Of a stretch of 64,000 bases of DNA, positions 27,036 to 49,400 are shown piece by piece. Location of the stretch: NCBI RefSeq assembly GCF_009914755.1, contig NC_060947.1; one strand, 5' to 3'. A program made the position numbers and the translations under genes. The number at the start of each line of letters is the position of its first letter. Position 1 is the first letter of the stretch. The stretch comes from the human T2T-CHM13v2.0 reference genome, Homo sapiens. Under the pieces are notes generated by a model, which saw only the letters and a list, made by a program, of their open reading frames with translations, was not told the DNA's origin and made no database searches.

Positions 27036-27505
27036 TGAATCCAGGAGCTGTTTTTTTGAAAAGATCAACAAAATTGATAGACTGCTAGCAAGACTAATAA
27101 AGAAGAAAAGAAAGAAGAATCAAATAGATGCCATAAAAAATGATAACGGGGATATCACCACCGATCCCACAGAAATACAAACTACCATCAGAGAATACTA
27201 TAAACACCTCTACGCAAATAAACTAGAAAATCTAGAAGAAATGGATAAATTCCTTGACACATACACCCTCCCAAGACTAAACCAGGAAGAAGTGGAATCC
27301 CTGAATAGACCAATAACAGGCTCTGAAATTGAGGCAATAATTAGTAGCCTACTAACCAAAAAAAGTCCAGGACCAGATGGATTCACAGCCAAATTCTACC
27401 AGAGGTACAATGAGGAGCTGGTACCATTCCTTCTGAAACTATTCCAATCAATGGAAAAAGAGGGAATCCTCCCTAACTCATTTTATGAGGTCAGCATCAT
27501 CCTGA

Positions 27506-27946
<441 letters not shown>

Positions 27947-30569
27947 TGACCACTCCTATTCAACATAGTGTTGGAAGTTCTGGCCAGGGCAATCAGGCAG
28001 GAGAAAGAAATAAAGGGTATTCAATTAGGAAAAGAGGAAGTCAAATTGTCCCTGTTTGCAGATGACATGATTGTATATTTAGAAAACCCCATTGTCTCAG
28101 CCCAAAATCTCCTTAAGCTGATAAGCAACTTCAGCAAAGTCTCAGGATACAAAATCAATGTGCAAAAATCACAAGGATTCTTATACACAAATAACAGACA
28201 AACAGAGAGCCAAATCATGAGTGAACTCCCATTCAATTGCTTCAAAGAGAATAAAATACCTAGTAATCCAACTTACAAGGGATGTGAAAGACCTCCTCAA
28301 CGAGAACTACAAACCACTGCTCAACAAAATAAATGGAATAACATTCCATGCTCATGGATAGGAAGAATCAATATCGTGAAAGTGGCCATACTGCTCAAGG
28401 TAATTTATAGATTCAATGCCATCCCCATCAAGCTACCAATGACTTTCTTCATAGAATTGGAAAAAACTACTTTAAAGTTCATATGGAACCAAAAAAGAGC
28501 CTGCATTGCAAGACAATCCTAAGCCAAAAGAACAAAGCTGGAGGCATCATGCTACCTGACTTCAAACTATACTACTACAAGATTACAGTAACAAAAATAG
28601 CATGGTACTGGTACCAAAACAGACATATAGACCAATGGAACAGAACAGAGGCCTCAGAAATAATACCACACATCTACAACAATCTGATCTTTGACAAACC
28701 TGGCAAAAACAAGAAATGGGGAAAAGATTCCTTATTTAATAAATGGTGCTGGGAAAACTGGTTAGTCATATGTAGAAAGCTGCAACTGGATCCCTTCCTT
28801 ATACCTTATACAAAAATTAATTCAAGATGGATTAAAGACTTAAATGTTAGACCTAAAACCATAAAAACCCTAGAAGAAAACCTAGGCAATACCATTCAGG
28901 ACATAGGCATGGGAAAGTACTTCATGTCTAAAACACCAAAAGCAATGGCAACAAAAGCCAAAATTGACAAATGGGATCTAATTAAACTAAAGAGCTTCTG
29001 CACAGCAAAAGAAACTACCATCAGAGTGAACAGACAACCTACAGAATGGGAGAAAATTTTTGCAATCTCCTCATCTGACAAAAAGCTAATATCCAGAATC
29101 TACAAAGAACTTAAACAAATTTACAAGAAAAAAATCAAACAATCCCATCAAAAAGTGGGCAACGAATAGGAACAGACACTTCTCAAAAGAAGACATTTAT
29201 GCAGCCAACAGACACATGAAAAATTGCTCATCATCACTGGCCATCAGAGAAATGCAAATCAAAACCACAATGAGATACCATCTCACACCAGTTAGAATGG
29301 CGATCGTTAAAAAGTCAGGAAACAACAGATGCTGGAGAGGATGTGGAGAAATAGGAACACTTTTACACTGTTGGTGGGAGTGTAAACTAGTTCAACCATT
29401 GTGGAAGACAGTGTGGCGATTCCTCAAGAATCTAGAACCAGAGATAACATTTGACCCAGCAATCCCATTACTGGGTATATACCCAAAGGATTATAAATCA
29501 TGCTGCTATAAAGACACATGCACATGTATGTTTATTGCGGCACTATTCACAATAGCAAAGACTTGGAACCAACCCAAATGTCCGTCAATGATAGACTGGA
29601 TTAAGAAAATGTGGCACATATACACCATGGAATACTATGCAGCCATAAAAAAGGATGAGTTCATGTCCTTTGTAGGGACATGGATGAAGCTGGAAACCAT
29701 CATTCTCAGCAAACTATTGCAAGGACAGAAAACCAAACACTGCATGTTCTCACTCATAGGTGGGAATTGAACAATGAGAACACTTGGACACAGGGTGGGG
29801 AACATCACACACCAGGGCCTGTCGTGAGGTGGGGGTAGGGAGGAGGGATAACATTAGGAGATATACCTAATGTAAATGACGAGTTAATGGGTGCAGCACA
29901 CCAACATGGCACATGTATACATATGTTACAAACCTGCATGTTGTGCACATGTACCTTAGAACTTAAAGTATAATAAATAAATAAATAAAATAAATAAGGT
30001 TCTAGCAACGAGGCCCAGTGGCTTGCTACTCCCTGATAGAAGGAAGCATGAGCCTCCATTATCTGTGATGCTTTGAGTACTACGCCCATGAAACAATGAA
30101 GAAAGAAAGAGGTCCCTACTATGCAGCATAATTAGCTGAATGAAACCTGGTGATCAGGGGAGTGATATGTCATGGATGACCTCCCATTTTATCTCCTCCT
30201 CTTTGAACTCTTACAATTCTTATTCATGTTATCCAGAAGTCAACTCAAGTCTTGGGTTGATTGAGAGATTTCATATTGCCATGTTATTGAGAATAACTTG
30301 CCTTTCCACTCTATTGACTAGAGCCTTCCTTTGCATATCCAAAGTATCTTTTATTTATAGTAGCCCATCTTTTCCAGAGTACCTTACTTTAGCAGTATAA
30401 AGAACTAGCAGAGGCTATGAAATATATTTTTCTTCTCCTTTCCCACCAATCTCCATGAGAGGAAGGAAACATACTTCCACTAGTCTGAAATATGCCTCCT
30501 CCCTTAGCATACAAAAGTGGAAAAATAAGTTTTGAGTTTAAAAATTAACTTTAAAATTAAATGTTACAC

Positions 30570-31010
30570 TAATAATGCTTGGTATTTATTGTTTACTATG
30601 GAAAGCACTATGTGAAATCCCTTAAGTACATTATTTTATTTAATAACTGTACATATTTTATAGACAAAGAAAGAGACTTGGGAAGGTTAAATAGCTTGTC
30701 CAAATTCACATAGCTGATATTTGAACTCAGGTCAGTCTAACTCCAAATTTCATTAATTCAGCAGCATGCTATACTGCCTGTCTTTTTCAGTACTCCTTAC
30801 TTAATCTGTATAATTTAATTAAACATTTGGCAGTGTAGTATAGTGGGTATAATGGCTCCAGCACCAGACCTGGGTTTGAATCTGAACTTGCTCTCTTGCT
30901 AGTGGTATGACCTTGGGCATACGTACATCATTAAATGAATGAATGAAAAACATGTCTTATAGGAATGTGGTGAGGATTAGATGTGAACATTCCCAGCACA
31001 CAGCAGATGC
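30570..31010. mobile_element. Two MIR fragments (- then +)
   Basis: gaaggttaaatagcttgtccaaattcacatagc; cagacctgggtttgaatctg ... atgaccttgggca. Confidence 0.65.
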
Positions 31011-31508
31011 TAGATGAAAGTGTTTTCCCCTCTGTTCTTCTTCTTTCATGTGTTTAGCTTGTGTTCCCAAGGAGACTACAAATACCTTAAGGAGAGCGAC
31101 CATATGTTTGATTTCTTGTATAGCCTCAGAATCATACACAGTGCTAGGCACATGATAGTAGAGCAACTAAAACTTTTGATATTGACTTAAAGGAAGCATT
31201 TTGTATTAAAATTTGACAACTTCAAAATAGTTTGAGAGACTTTTCTCCACTTTAGATGCAAATAATTAACCAGCAAAGTATCACCTTGGTCCTCTTCCTT
31301 TGTAGTATGTGGCAATAGCATAAGTTTATTTCTAAATACTTTAGCAAATATTTTCTAGCTTCTAACTCAGGAGATGAGTAATTTTTTGCTGAAAGCATTT
31401 CCATTTTACTTATTTCCATATCCTCTACCAAAATGAGAATTGGCTTTTCATCTGAGAATAACTTTGGAAAGCCTTGGCTGGACATCGTTAGGGCATTAAA
31501 AAAAAGTC

Positions 31509-33960
31509 TTCTTGTAAATTTAAGTTCCTTGTAGATTCTGGATATTAGGTCTTTGTCAGATGAATAGATTGCAATAATTTTCTCCCATTGTGTAGGTTTC
31601 CTGTTCACTTTGATGATAGTTTCTTTTGCTGTATAGAAGCTCTTTAGTTTAATTAGATCCCATTTGTCAATTTTGGCTTTTGTTGCAATTGCTTTTGGCG
31701 TTTTTGTCATGAAGTCTTTGCCCATGCCTATGTCCTGAACGGTATTGCCTAGGTTTTCTTCTAGGGTTTTTATGGTTTTGGGTTTTACATTTAAGTCCTT
31801 AATCCATCTTAAGTTAATTTTTGTATAAGGTGTAAGGAAGGGGTCTAGTTTCAGTTTTCTGCATATGGCTAGCCAGTTTTCCCAGCACCATTTATTGACT
31901 AGGGAATCCTTTCCCCATTTCTTGTTTTTGTCATGTTTGTCAAAGATCTGATGATTGTAGATGTGTGGTGTTATTTCTGAGGTCTCTGTTCTGTTCCATT
32001 CGTCTATATGTCTGTTTTGGTACCAGTGCCATGCTGTTTTGGTTACTGTAGCCTTGTAGTCGTATAGTTTGAAGTCAGCTAGTGTGATGCCTCCAGCTTT
32101 GTTCTTTTTACTGAGGATTGTCTTGGCTATATGGGCTCTTCTTTGGTTCCATATAAGATGTAAAGTAGATTTTTCTAATTCTGTGAAGAATATCAATGGT
32201 AGTTTGATGGGAGTAGCATTGAATCTATAAATTACTTTGGGCAGTATAGCCATTTTCACAATACTGATCCTTCCTATCCATGAGGATGGAATGCTTTTCC
32301 ATTTGTTTGTGTCCTCTCTTACTTCCTTGAGCAGTGGTTTATAGTTCTCCTTGAAGAAATCCTTCACATCCCTTGTTATGTATTTCTAGGTATATTATCC
32401 TGTTTGTAGCAATTGTGAATGGCAGTTCATTCATGATTTGGCTCTCTGTTTGTCTATTGTTGGTGTACAGGAATACTTGTGATTTTGCACATTGATTTTG
32501 TATCCTGATATTTTGCTGAAGTTGCTTATCAGCTTAAGAAGTTTTTGGGCTGAGATGATGGGGTTTTCTAAATATACAATCATGTCATCTGCAAACAGGG
32601 ACAATTTGACTTCTTGTCTTCCTATTTGAATACCCTTTATTTCCTTCTCTTGCCTGATTTTCCTGACCAGAGCTACCAATACTGGGTTGAATAGGAGTGG
32701 TGATAGAGGGAGTCCTTGTCTTGTACCAGTTTTCAAAGGGAATGCTTCCAGCTTTTGCCCATTCAGTATGATATTGGCTGTGGGTTTGTCATAAATAGCT
32801 CTTATTATTTTGAGATATGTCCCATCAATACCTAATATATTGAGAGTTTTTAGCATGAAGGGCTATTGAATTTTGTCAAAGGCCTTTTCTACATCTATTG
32901 AGATAATCATGTGGTTTTTGTCTTTAATTCTGCTTATATGCTGGATTATGTTTATTGATTGGTGTATGTTGAACCAGACTTGCACCCCAGGGATGAAGCC
33001 GAATTGATCATGGTGGATAAGTTTTTTGATGTGGTGCCAGATTTCGTTTGCCAGTATTTTATTGAGGATTTTCGCATCAATGTTCATCAGGGATATTGGC
33101 CTGAAGTTTTTTTTTTTTGTGTGTGTGTGTGTGTCTCTGCAATAACCCCATCAAAAAGTGGGCAAAGGATATGAACAGACACTTCTCAAAAGAAGACATT
33201 TACGCGGCCAACAAACATGTGAAAAAAAGCTCAGCATCACTGATCATTAGAGAAATGCAAATCAAAACCACAATGAGATACCATCTCATGTCAGTAAGAA
33301 TGGCGATTATTAGAAAGTCAAGAAACAATAGATACTGGCGAGGCTGTGGAGAAATAGGAACACTTTTACACTGTTGGTGGGAATGTAAATTAGTTTAACC
33401 ACTGTGGAAGACAGTGTGGCAATTCCTCAAGGATCTAGAACCAGAAATACCATTTGACCCAGCAATCCCATTACTGGTATATACCCAAAGGATTATAAAT
33501 CATTCTACTATAAAGACACATGCACACATATGTTTATTGCAGCACTATTTACAATAGCAAAGACTTGGAACCAACCCAAATGCCCATCAATGATTGACTG
33601 GATAAAGAAAATGTGGTACATATACACCATGGAATACTATGCAGCCATAAAAAGGAATGAGATTATATCCTTTGCAGGGACTTGAATGAAGCTGGAAGCC
33701 ATCATCCTCAGCAAACTAACGCAGGAAGAGAAAACCAAATACCGTATATTCTCACTCATAAGTGGGAGTTGAACAATGAGGACACATGGACACAGGGAGG
33801 GGAACAACACACACTGGGGCCCGTGGGGGGTGGGGGCAAGGGGAGGGAACCTAGATGATGGGTCAATAGGTGTAGCAAACCACCATGGCACACGTATACC
33901 TATGTAACAAACCTGTGCATTCTGCACATGTATCCCAGAACTTAAAGTAAAAAAAAAAGA
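31509..33960 (+). mobile_element. L1PA8/8A-like element with 5' inversion (inverted ORF2 31509-33140; direct 3' part 33141-33960)
   Basis: Inverted piece starts at the reverse complement of tttacaagaa; direct piece starts at the adjacent aataaccccatcaaaaagtg; 3' UTR ggggagggaacctagatgatgggtcaatagg; degenerate TSD aaaaaagtctt/aaaagagtttt. Confidence 0.92.
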
Positions 33961-34139
33961 AAAGAGTTTTAAGTTAATTCACTCAGATGACTAGTCAAGT
34001 TAAAAAACATTAGCCAAACTATTTGTTTGACTGAGTAGTGTGTTTGACTAGGTTAATTGACAGGAGTTTTGCAGTTAAAGTTACTGAGGGCATGTCTTGA
34101 TATTTTAGGGCTTTGTGTTTAAATCACTATTTGAGATCC

Positions 34140-34399
34140 TTGAAGAGAGGTTAAAAGACATGGACGATAGGCAAAAGTTCCAATATACGTCTAAAATGAA
34201 TTCCTAATGGAGGTACTAGAGAGAATGGGGGACAGCTAATTTTTAAAGAGATAATGAATTTTTTTCAGAATTGATGAATGATGGGAGTCTTGAAATTCAA
34301 AAAGCATGAGTCCTAAGTAGAATGAGTAAAAATAAGCCTGCTTCTAGATATATCATAGTAAAATTGCAGAGCATGAAAAACAAAGAAAAGCTCTTAAAA
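34140..34399 (+). mobile_element. Ancient L1M/HAL1-type ORF1 fragment
   Basis: ccaatatacgtctaaaatgaattcc ... agagaatgggg ... tttcagaattgatg ... ctagatatatcatagtaaaattgcag. Confidence 0.6.
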
Positions 34400-34714
34400 T
34401 TTACTTGCTCAAGATCATAAAACTAGTTAGTAGTGAAGCCAGTATTCAAACCCTGTGTTTTTGACCACTACTAGTACCAGGTCATCTAGTTACAAGCTGC
34501 AATTTACAGATGAGGCAATTGAGGTCAAAAGATGACAGAGATTAGTTTTTGGAGTTTAATGGTAGTAGGTCTTGAAGTTATACTGGTTTCTTTACCTCAG
34601 ATTTAGGAAAATCTCCATTGTGAGTGGTAAGAGGAGCCACACTGTACCTTGGAAGCAATAATTCATGGGTTGTGGACTGTTGTTTCCAGAATGATCAGCA
34701 GACACTGCAGAACA

Positions 34715-35105
34715 TAGCTAACAAAAATGTCCAACACTTATGTAGTGCTTACCATGTGACATTAACCCAGTTAATTTTCATGTCAACTCAATGAGTTAGA
34801 TAATGGTTTTATCACAGTCTTTTAGATGGGAAACTAAGGCACTCAGAGGAGGAAAGTAATTTGCCACATTCACAAAGCTAGTAAGCAGAAAAGCCAGGAT
34901 TTACACCCTAAGCAGCCTGGCTGGTGAGTGTTTAACCTCTGCGCTATACTTCTGCTAGCACAAACAAAATAAACCCTGTGAAGTCAGAAACTGTGTCTGT
35001 CTTGTTCACTGCTGTATCCCTAGGACCCAGTATAATGCTTGGCACATAATAGATACTCAATAAATATTTCTTACGTTAATGAAGTAATAAATAAGTGAAT
35101 AAATT
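34715..35105. mobile_element. MIR (-) followed by L2 3' end (+)
   Basis: agatgggaaactaaggcactcagagg; tgtctgtcttgttcactgctgtatccc ... actcaataaatatt. Confidence 0.75.
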
Positions 35106-37714
35106 TGATTCGTGATGCCATATTCAGTGTGGCTGTGTGGACTGAACTGTTCCATTACCAGCTAGCTACTTAGTAATAGTGAAATTTCTCACAAATGGGA
35201 CAAATTTGCACCTGGGCAATTAGAGCTGTGCCTAACTACCCTTTGCTCACATCATCAGTTTTACACTGCAGCCTTGGAGATCTACTAAAGTGAATCTCCT
35301 GGTTCTGAGTCCCAGCTGAACCCTAGATGCAACCTGCTGACTTGTGATTGTTTGGAGCCTGAGGCAACAGGACCCTGGGTGGAGAGAGTCCAAGTTATGA
35401 TTTAAAAATATGTATCTGTACCACAGAGTCAACATTAGGCAGCTGGAAACTATTCACATCCTGTATATTCTCTGTAGGGGTAGGGGGACTGACTGATCAT
35501 GTGATCACAGAGCACACAGATTATTAGCAGGATAAAATAATCAACATGCTTAAAACATAAAAGCTTCTGAGGGGCAATGGGAAGCCATCTGTCTCTTAGC
35601 TCTGAGACCAAACTCAAGGCTGGTGTTAGGCCTCTTGTGTGTTACAGTTTCATTTTACTCTTAATTCAAACCAGATTCCTATTAAAACAGACTCCTAATA
35701 AAGCTTAACAGCCTAAGTGGGTAATCACTCTCTTAAAAATGAAATCTCACTGCCTCCACTCTGGGGCCCTTATATGGCATTATACAATTTTTAAAGTTTT
35801 TTGAGAGTAAGTTTCCATTGAAAAGATGGCAGAGATTTACTTGTCTATCAGTCCTCAGAGTACATAGCTATATTTACAATGGAATCATCGGTATTCTCAG
35901 TTTGATGATGCAACTTGGTAAAGCTAATGTGTCATTCACTGTTTAATATGATTATATCTATTCAGGAACTTTGATCTGAGCACTAAAACTGATGGGTTTC
36001 TTCAGTAAAGTAATTAGTAAAAGACTAATTTAATAATGCAACTGACTTTGTTCATCACCTCTACACTGAACACCTCTACACTGTTTTTTTTAATTGTTTG
36101 CTCCAACCAGTTGGTTTGGAACTCTGTAGTTATGTTCCCAATAAAACCAGGCTACAAGGTGGTCAAACCAGTTGCTTAGATAGTGCAAACACCTGAATGA
36201 CTACAGGCATGACTTTCCAAAAACATTGGCGTTCTGTTGTCCTCTCTTGATCAGAAATAGAGAGATTTGGTCATTCAGTCATGACAAAAAAAGATAATGA
36301 AAGTGTAAATTATTAACAGAATGTTGCCAACACATACTATTTTCCTCATTACAATGTGACTATTTGTCAAGGGTGTTGTTGCCTGAGAAATCAGTGATAT
36401 GGGAGGCAAATTGGTAATAATACACTCATCTTTTCTAAATTAGAAGACTTCAACTAGGCTTGAACATCATTAGTAAATGCTCCTTTTCCTCTGAATAAAC
36501 TCTTTAATTTACATCCATCATCAAACATTTCCTAAGACAAAAGCTGGTGATCTTTTGATTGCAGGCACTATTCTCACTGATAATTGTCATTAACCGAATA
36601 GAGCTGGATCTATTCTCTTTTCTCTGTATTTCTTTTTACCATAACATGAGTATTCTGCTTTCTTAGGTATATAACTAAAAGATGGATAAATCAAAGAGGT
36701 AGAAGAATTATCTTTGATTGAAGGAGGTGGAAGTGCTATAAATATATGTCTAGACACCCGCTTTTTAACTTCCATCTCTGCATCATTAATAAATTTATTA
36801 GTGAGGGCCCTGTTCACATTTCTATTATCAATTCTAATTATTTGTGTGTTTGAATCAATCTCTCCTGCCTTCATTAGTGTCATTAACGCCTGTCAGCAAA
36901 TGATAATGTGGGAGAATCTCACAAATTTATATGCATTCCCAGAGTGGAGACCCAACCACAGTCAGTATTCTTGCATGACAGCAGCTGTAACAAATGGCCA
37001 TCCTTCCCAGGAGAAGTGTAAACAGGTCACTAATTAATGCATTTACCATTAGACTCTGTTTAGTTTTCAGTCATAGCATATGATTCATTATGTTGGGACA
37101 CCAAGTACAATGTCGTTATGGAAATGAGGTATTTGTACATTCTCCTTAGATCCACATGACAGATTGAGCTATCTACCTATTTTTCTCTCAGCACTTTCCC
37201 AGATTTCAGAGTATATGAATGACCTTGGAGAAGGTCCTACTTTATTACTAGGCATCTAGTGAAAATGGCATAATGGGTTGGCAGTTTATTTAAATACATG
37301 CAATGAAAATCAGCTCTTGGTGAGGGATAAAGTTGGGGAAAAAATAAGAGGATTAAGAGGAAAAAGGGAAAATAAATTCTAAATTTTAGGAGTTGTGCTA
37401 TAATGTCAGGAAATTTAAATCAAAATTAGAAGTGGAGTGGTACAATGAGAAGTTCATTGCTTCAGAAAGACTGAAAAGTAGACTTTGATGGTCAAGCTCC
37501 TTCCCTTATATCCACGAAATGGTCAACAGCTCCCCAAGAAAGATATAGTCGAGACAAACTTGTTTTTCTTCCAGCTGGCAATTCTAAATTCCCTAAATCC
37601 TTAGATTAAAGCTCCAAATAAAGAATAGGGGCATCAAAGAAGACTAGTCATGCCTTATTTGTTAACTGTATATATTATGTTATATGTTGATCATAAATAG
37701 CAGTTCTTATCATA

Positions 37715-38415
37715 GCTCATCCATTCATTTACTTAATAAACACTTATTGAGTAACACTCTGGGCCAGGCCATATGTTTGGGATACAGAGATGAAAATGAT
37801 ACAGACTTACCCTTCAAGAAACTTAGGAGATAGACAAACTGACAATACAGTGTGGTTATTATAAGTAACATAAGTACTATGATAGTTGCATGCCCAGGAT
37901 GCTGTGGAAGTATAAAGGATGAATTCTTCATGGTAAGCATAGGGAGGGTTTCACAGAAGAGGTAACATTTAAACTGAGTCTTAAAGGAAAAGTAGGTATT
38001 TTTAGAAGAGGAATGGAGGGGACAGGTATGTTAGGTTGAGGAAATAGGGTGTGCAAAGGTAAAAGCACATTAAACAATGTACTATATTTACACAATGGTA
38101 ACAAATTAAAGGTGGCTGGGACATTGTTTGCATAGGGGATAGACTATCAGAAGGAGCAATGAGAGATGGTTGTATGAGAAGTAGATGAGGTCCAAACAGA
38201 GTAGAGTTTTATATGTCATGCTGAGAGGGTTTGTACTATATTATGAAGGAAGTAAAGACTTAATAGAAGCATGACATAGCCAAATTGCTTTTTCTTCTCT
38301 TTTTTTTAATTTTTAGAGATTACTCTTGTGACACTATGGAGGATGAACTGGAATGGGGAGATTGGAGGCTGGGAGAGTGGACAGGAGCTTGATAAAGTAG
38401 TCTAATCAAGTGATA
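37715..38415 (-). mobile_element. L2 3' region
   Basis: cattcatttacttaataaacacttattgag ... ggagggtttcacagaagaggtaacatttaaactgagtctt ... tttagagattactcttg. Confidence 0.8.
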
Positions 38416-38529
38416 ATTTTTCAAAGTCAGGTCAGGATTAATAACTCTCAGGATCGTAGGCCTTTTACTAGACCTTCTTTCCTGGAAGAACTACCTTTCC
38501 CAGGGTCATGAAAGAAACTTCTTTTTCTT

Positions 38530-46041
<7,512 letters not shown>

Positions 46042-46234
46042 AAGAAACTTCTTTTTCTTAAGGTTTTAGATCTAAACCTTAACTTGTAGGTGTGAATTGG
46101 GAAATACATATGTTATTTGGTCTTTCCCGTTATTCTTTTCATTCAGGAATAGGGCACTTGTTCTTGTATTTGCTATTTAAGTCATATCGGCATGATGATA
46201 AAACAGGTAATTAAATAGTGATAGATTCAGTTAA

Positions 46235-46435
46235 TGAAGTGGAAAGAGCACTGGACATGAATGGGAGTCATGTGACATCATAAGTCTAATGCTATTTCTT
46301 TCACCAAATAGCTGCTTGAGTTTAGGCAGGTTGCTTAACCAATGTGGGCCTCAGTATTTTCATCTCTAAAATTATTATTTATTTTGACTATTTGGTTTAT
46401 TTCTGTCTATGATACATTCTATGATCTATGTAATG
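46235..46435 (+). mobile_element. MIR3/MIR fragment
   Basis: gtggaaagagcactggac ... aggcaggttgcttaacc ... gggcctcagtattttcatct. Confidence 0.65.
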
Positions 46436-46835
46436 CTAAATAATTTTCTAGACTAATATTCATTCAACACACCACCCATCCAAGAAAGCAGCTCTATGGT
46501 CTCACTAAAAATGAGCCAAACACCCAGTGATTTGGATGTTGTCAGTTTAGATTTTAGAGAGTTCATCACTCTGATATAGTAATAGAAGTCTCCTCTTAAT
46601 CCTAATTTCTATCTCTAGATTCAACCTTCCTTCTTCCTGGTATTAACTAACAATTGAGCACCTGAAGGTTGTTTAGAAGAAAGCCATAAATTGGCCTAGA
46701 TGACTGTGCTCCTTCATATCAGCTTCCCCAGGCAGTAGAAAGGTAAAGAAAAGTGAAATAATTATCAGCTGTCTACTGTCTACTTGTACGCAAAGACTTG
46801 ATGCCATTTTTCCAGTTCTAGAAAACTTTATTCTT

Positions 46836-47924
46836 TTTTAAAAAAAAATTTATTTTTTATTTATTTTTCCATAAGCTATTGGGGTACAGGTGATATTTTG
46901 TTACATGAGTAAATTCTTTAGCAATGATTTGTGAGATTTTGTTGCACCCATCACCTGAGTAGTATTTTTCCCTCTCCTTGCTCCCACTCTTCTCCCCAAG
47001 TCCCCAAAGTCCATTGTATCATTCTTATGCCTTTGCGTCCTCATAGCTTAGCTCCCACATACCAGTGAGAACATACGATGTTTGGTTTTCCATTCCTGAG
47101 TTACTTCACTTAGAATAATAGTCCCCAATCTCATCCAGGTCGCTGCAAATGCTGTTAATTCATTCCTTTTTATGGCTGCATAGTATTCCATTGTGTATCT
47201 ATATACCACATTTTCTTTATCCACTCGTTGATTGATGGGCATTTGAATTGGTTCCATGATTTTGCAATTGTGAATTGTGCTGCTATAAACATGCATGTGC
47301 AAGTGTCTTTTTCAAATAATGACTTCTTTTCCTCTGGGTAGATACCCAGTAGTGGGATTGCTGGATCAAATGGTAGTTCTGCGCTTGGTTCTTTAAGGAA
47401 TCTCTACACTGTTTTCCACAGTGACTGTATTAGTTTACATTCCCACCAGCAGTGTAGAAGTGTACCCTGTTCACTGCATCCATGCCAACATCTACTATTT
47501 TTTTGATTATGGCCGTCCTTGCATGAGTAAGGTGGTGTCACAATGTGGTTTTGATTTGCATTTCCCTGATCATTAGCGATGTTGAGTATTTTTTCTTATG
47601 ATTACTGGCCATTTGTGTACCTTCTTTTGAGAATTGTCTATTCATGTCCTTAGCCCACTTTTTGATGAGATTGTTTGTTTTTTTCTTACTGATTTGTTTG
47701 AGTGTGTTGTAGGAAAAACCCTTCTAGACATTGGCTTAGGCAAGAATTTCTTGACCAAGAACCCAAAAGCAAATGCAATAAAAACAAAGATAAATAGCTT
47801 GGACCTAGTTAAACTAAAGAGCTTTTGCACAGCAAAAGGAAAAGTCAGCAAACAGACAACCCACAGATTGGGACAAAATCTTCACAATATACACATCTGA
47901 CAAAGGACTAATATCCGGAATCTA
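46836..47924 (-). mobile_element. L1PB/L1MA-type element with 5' inversion (47711-47924 inverted)
   Basis: TSD tctaga(a/c)aactttattctt at 46817-46835 and 47921-47939; strand switch at gttgtag|gaaaaaccc. Confidence 0.92.
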
Positions 47925-48911
47925 GACAACTTTATTCTTGTTATATCAGCGACAAAATAGTGTCAAATCCTAACTACCAAGGTGCTTTTGAGAATGTTGC
48001 TTCATTCTTTGGGTGTTGGTTTATCCATCTGTTGAAAAACGTTAGTGACCCACGTTTTCTCTTTATTACCCTGACAAGAAATATGTTCCATATGAAAGAG
48101 ATCATATGGGTAAAAAAACTTGGGAAGGAAGTCTAAAACAGGAATGGTAAATGGGTTTTAATTCATGTGACACCTCTGATTGATTGGTATTAGCTCTTGG
48201 AGGCCTGTTGTTGAAGAACATGAGTTTGTGTCTAAGCTCAGTTGGAAAGAGTAACTGCTATGGGTATAGTGTTGGAAGTGGCTGAGCACAGCTCTTGTGC
48301 CAACAGTAAGACAGATAAGTTATTGGTGGTGATCAGAGGGTCTTTGCCTGAGCCAAATAAGAAAGGATGGTTAGATTTGCCCCCTTATCTTGTCCTCCAC
48401 AAATTGCAGTTCAGTTAAATGACCACACAGTATTTTCCCTCAGAGTGAGGTGCCATGTGAAAAGCTAGTTTTGACTTCCATATTGCCCTGGTCAATTGGG
48501 AAGACTCTACACAGGGCTGTTAAATCAGTGAATTTGGCATGAAAGGGAAAAATTAGTTAAAATGGCTGACTGTGATCACTAGATGGTCATTAAAATGAAT
48601 TGCAGTTTGCAGGATGGGATGGGGATTGGGTCTAGTCTACAGGGAATCAGTTGGAATACGCTTTCCATTTTGGCTCAGGGTCAGAGAGGACAGCAAAAGC
48701 TTTGGATATTTGCTGGCCCTATATTGGCTCCATGAGAGAAAAATTTAAGGCAGCAGGCAGCAGTTTAAGAAGGAGAACTCCATGAGAGTTTGAGGGTAAA
48801 TAACCACATTTCTTTAACCCCAGCGCATAAAGGTGGAATGCATGGTGCCTATAAGGCCTGAGGATTAGTCCATACAGGAAAGCACATTTTCAGAACAGTG
48901 AGAAGGATTTA

Positions 48912-49000
48912 AAAAACTTTTTATTGAAGTATAATATACATACATACAGAGGAGTATGCATATTATAAGTATACAGTTTGATAAAATTTCACAAACTGAA
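48912..49000 (-). mobile_element. Old L1M 3' end fragment
   Basis: aactttttattgaagtataatatacata ... aatttcacaaactgaa. Confidence 0.6.
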
Positions 49001-49124
49001 AACCAGTAATAAGGCTTATTGTTTTGAAGTCATAGCCAGAGTGCAAACTATTTGGGGTCATGTGAATGACTTAATACATCCTAACATGTATGCCACTGTG
49101 GAGCACTATGTCCGGCCTTTGAGT

Positions 49125-49400
49125 AGTGCAGTGCTGTATAACTGAAACTGAAATCAGTTTGGTTTTAGGAGAGCAGGGTTCAAATTCAGAATCCACTGCT
49201 ATGTTGCTGTTTACCTTGGGCAAGTCTTTCCATTTCCCAGTCTCAATTTCCCTACCTGTAAAATGTGGTCAATGATAATTCCTACATTATTTCTATCAGA
49301 GGGTAAAATGTAGTTACAGCTGAGAACATCTTTGAAAATGTTAAAGCATCATTTCTCCAGTGCCTAGCACAGTACCTGCCATGTAGTAATATTTTTTGAG
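49125..49400 (+). mobile_element. MIR
   Basis: gggttcaaattc ... ttaccttgggcaagtc ... tttccctacctgtaaaatg ... gcacagtacctgccatgtag. Confidence 0.75.

Noticed and set aside
31252-32367. 371-aa ORF, the longest in the window
   Set aside because: Inverted L1 ORF2 fragment reading through into flanking DNA; no evidence of a gene.
35896-35985. C/D box snoRNA-like layout (tgatga ... ctga about 75 nt apart)
   Set aside because: The C box lacks the leading purine, there is no convincing terminal stem outside the boxes, and no recognisable rRNA guide sequence.
36056-36083. 13-bp direct repeat cacctctacactg
   Set aside because: A simple slippage duplication with a 2-bp spacer; no further structure.
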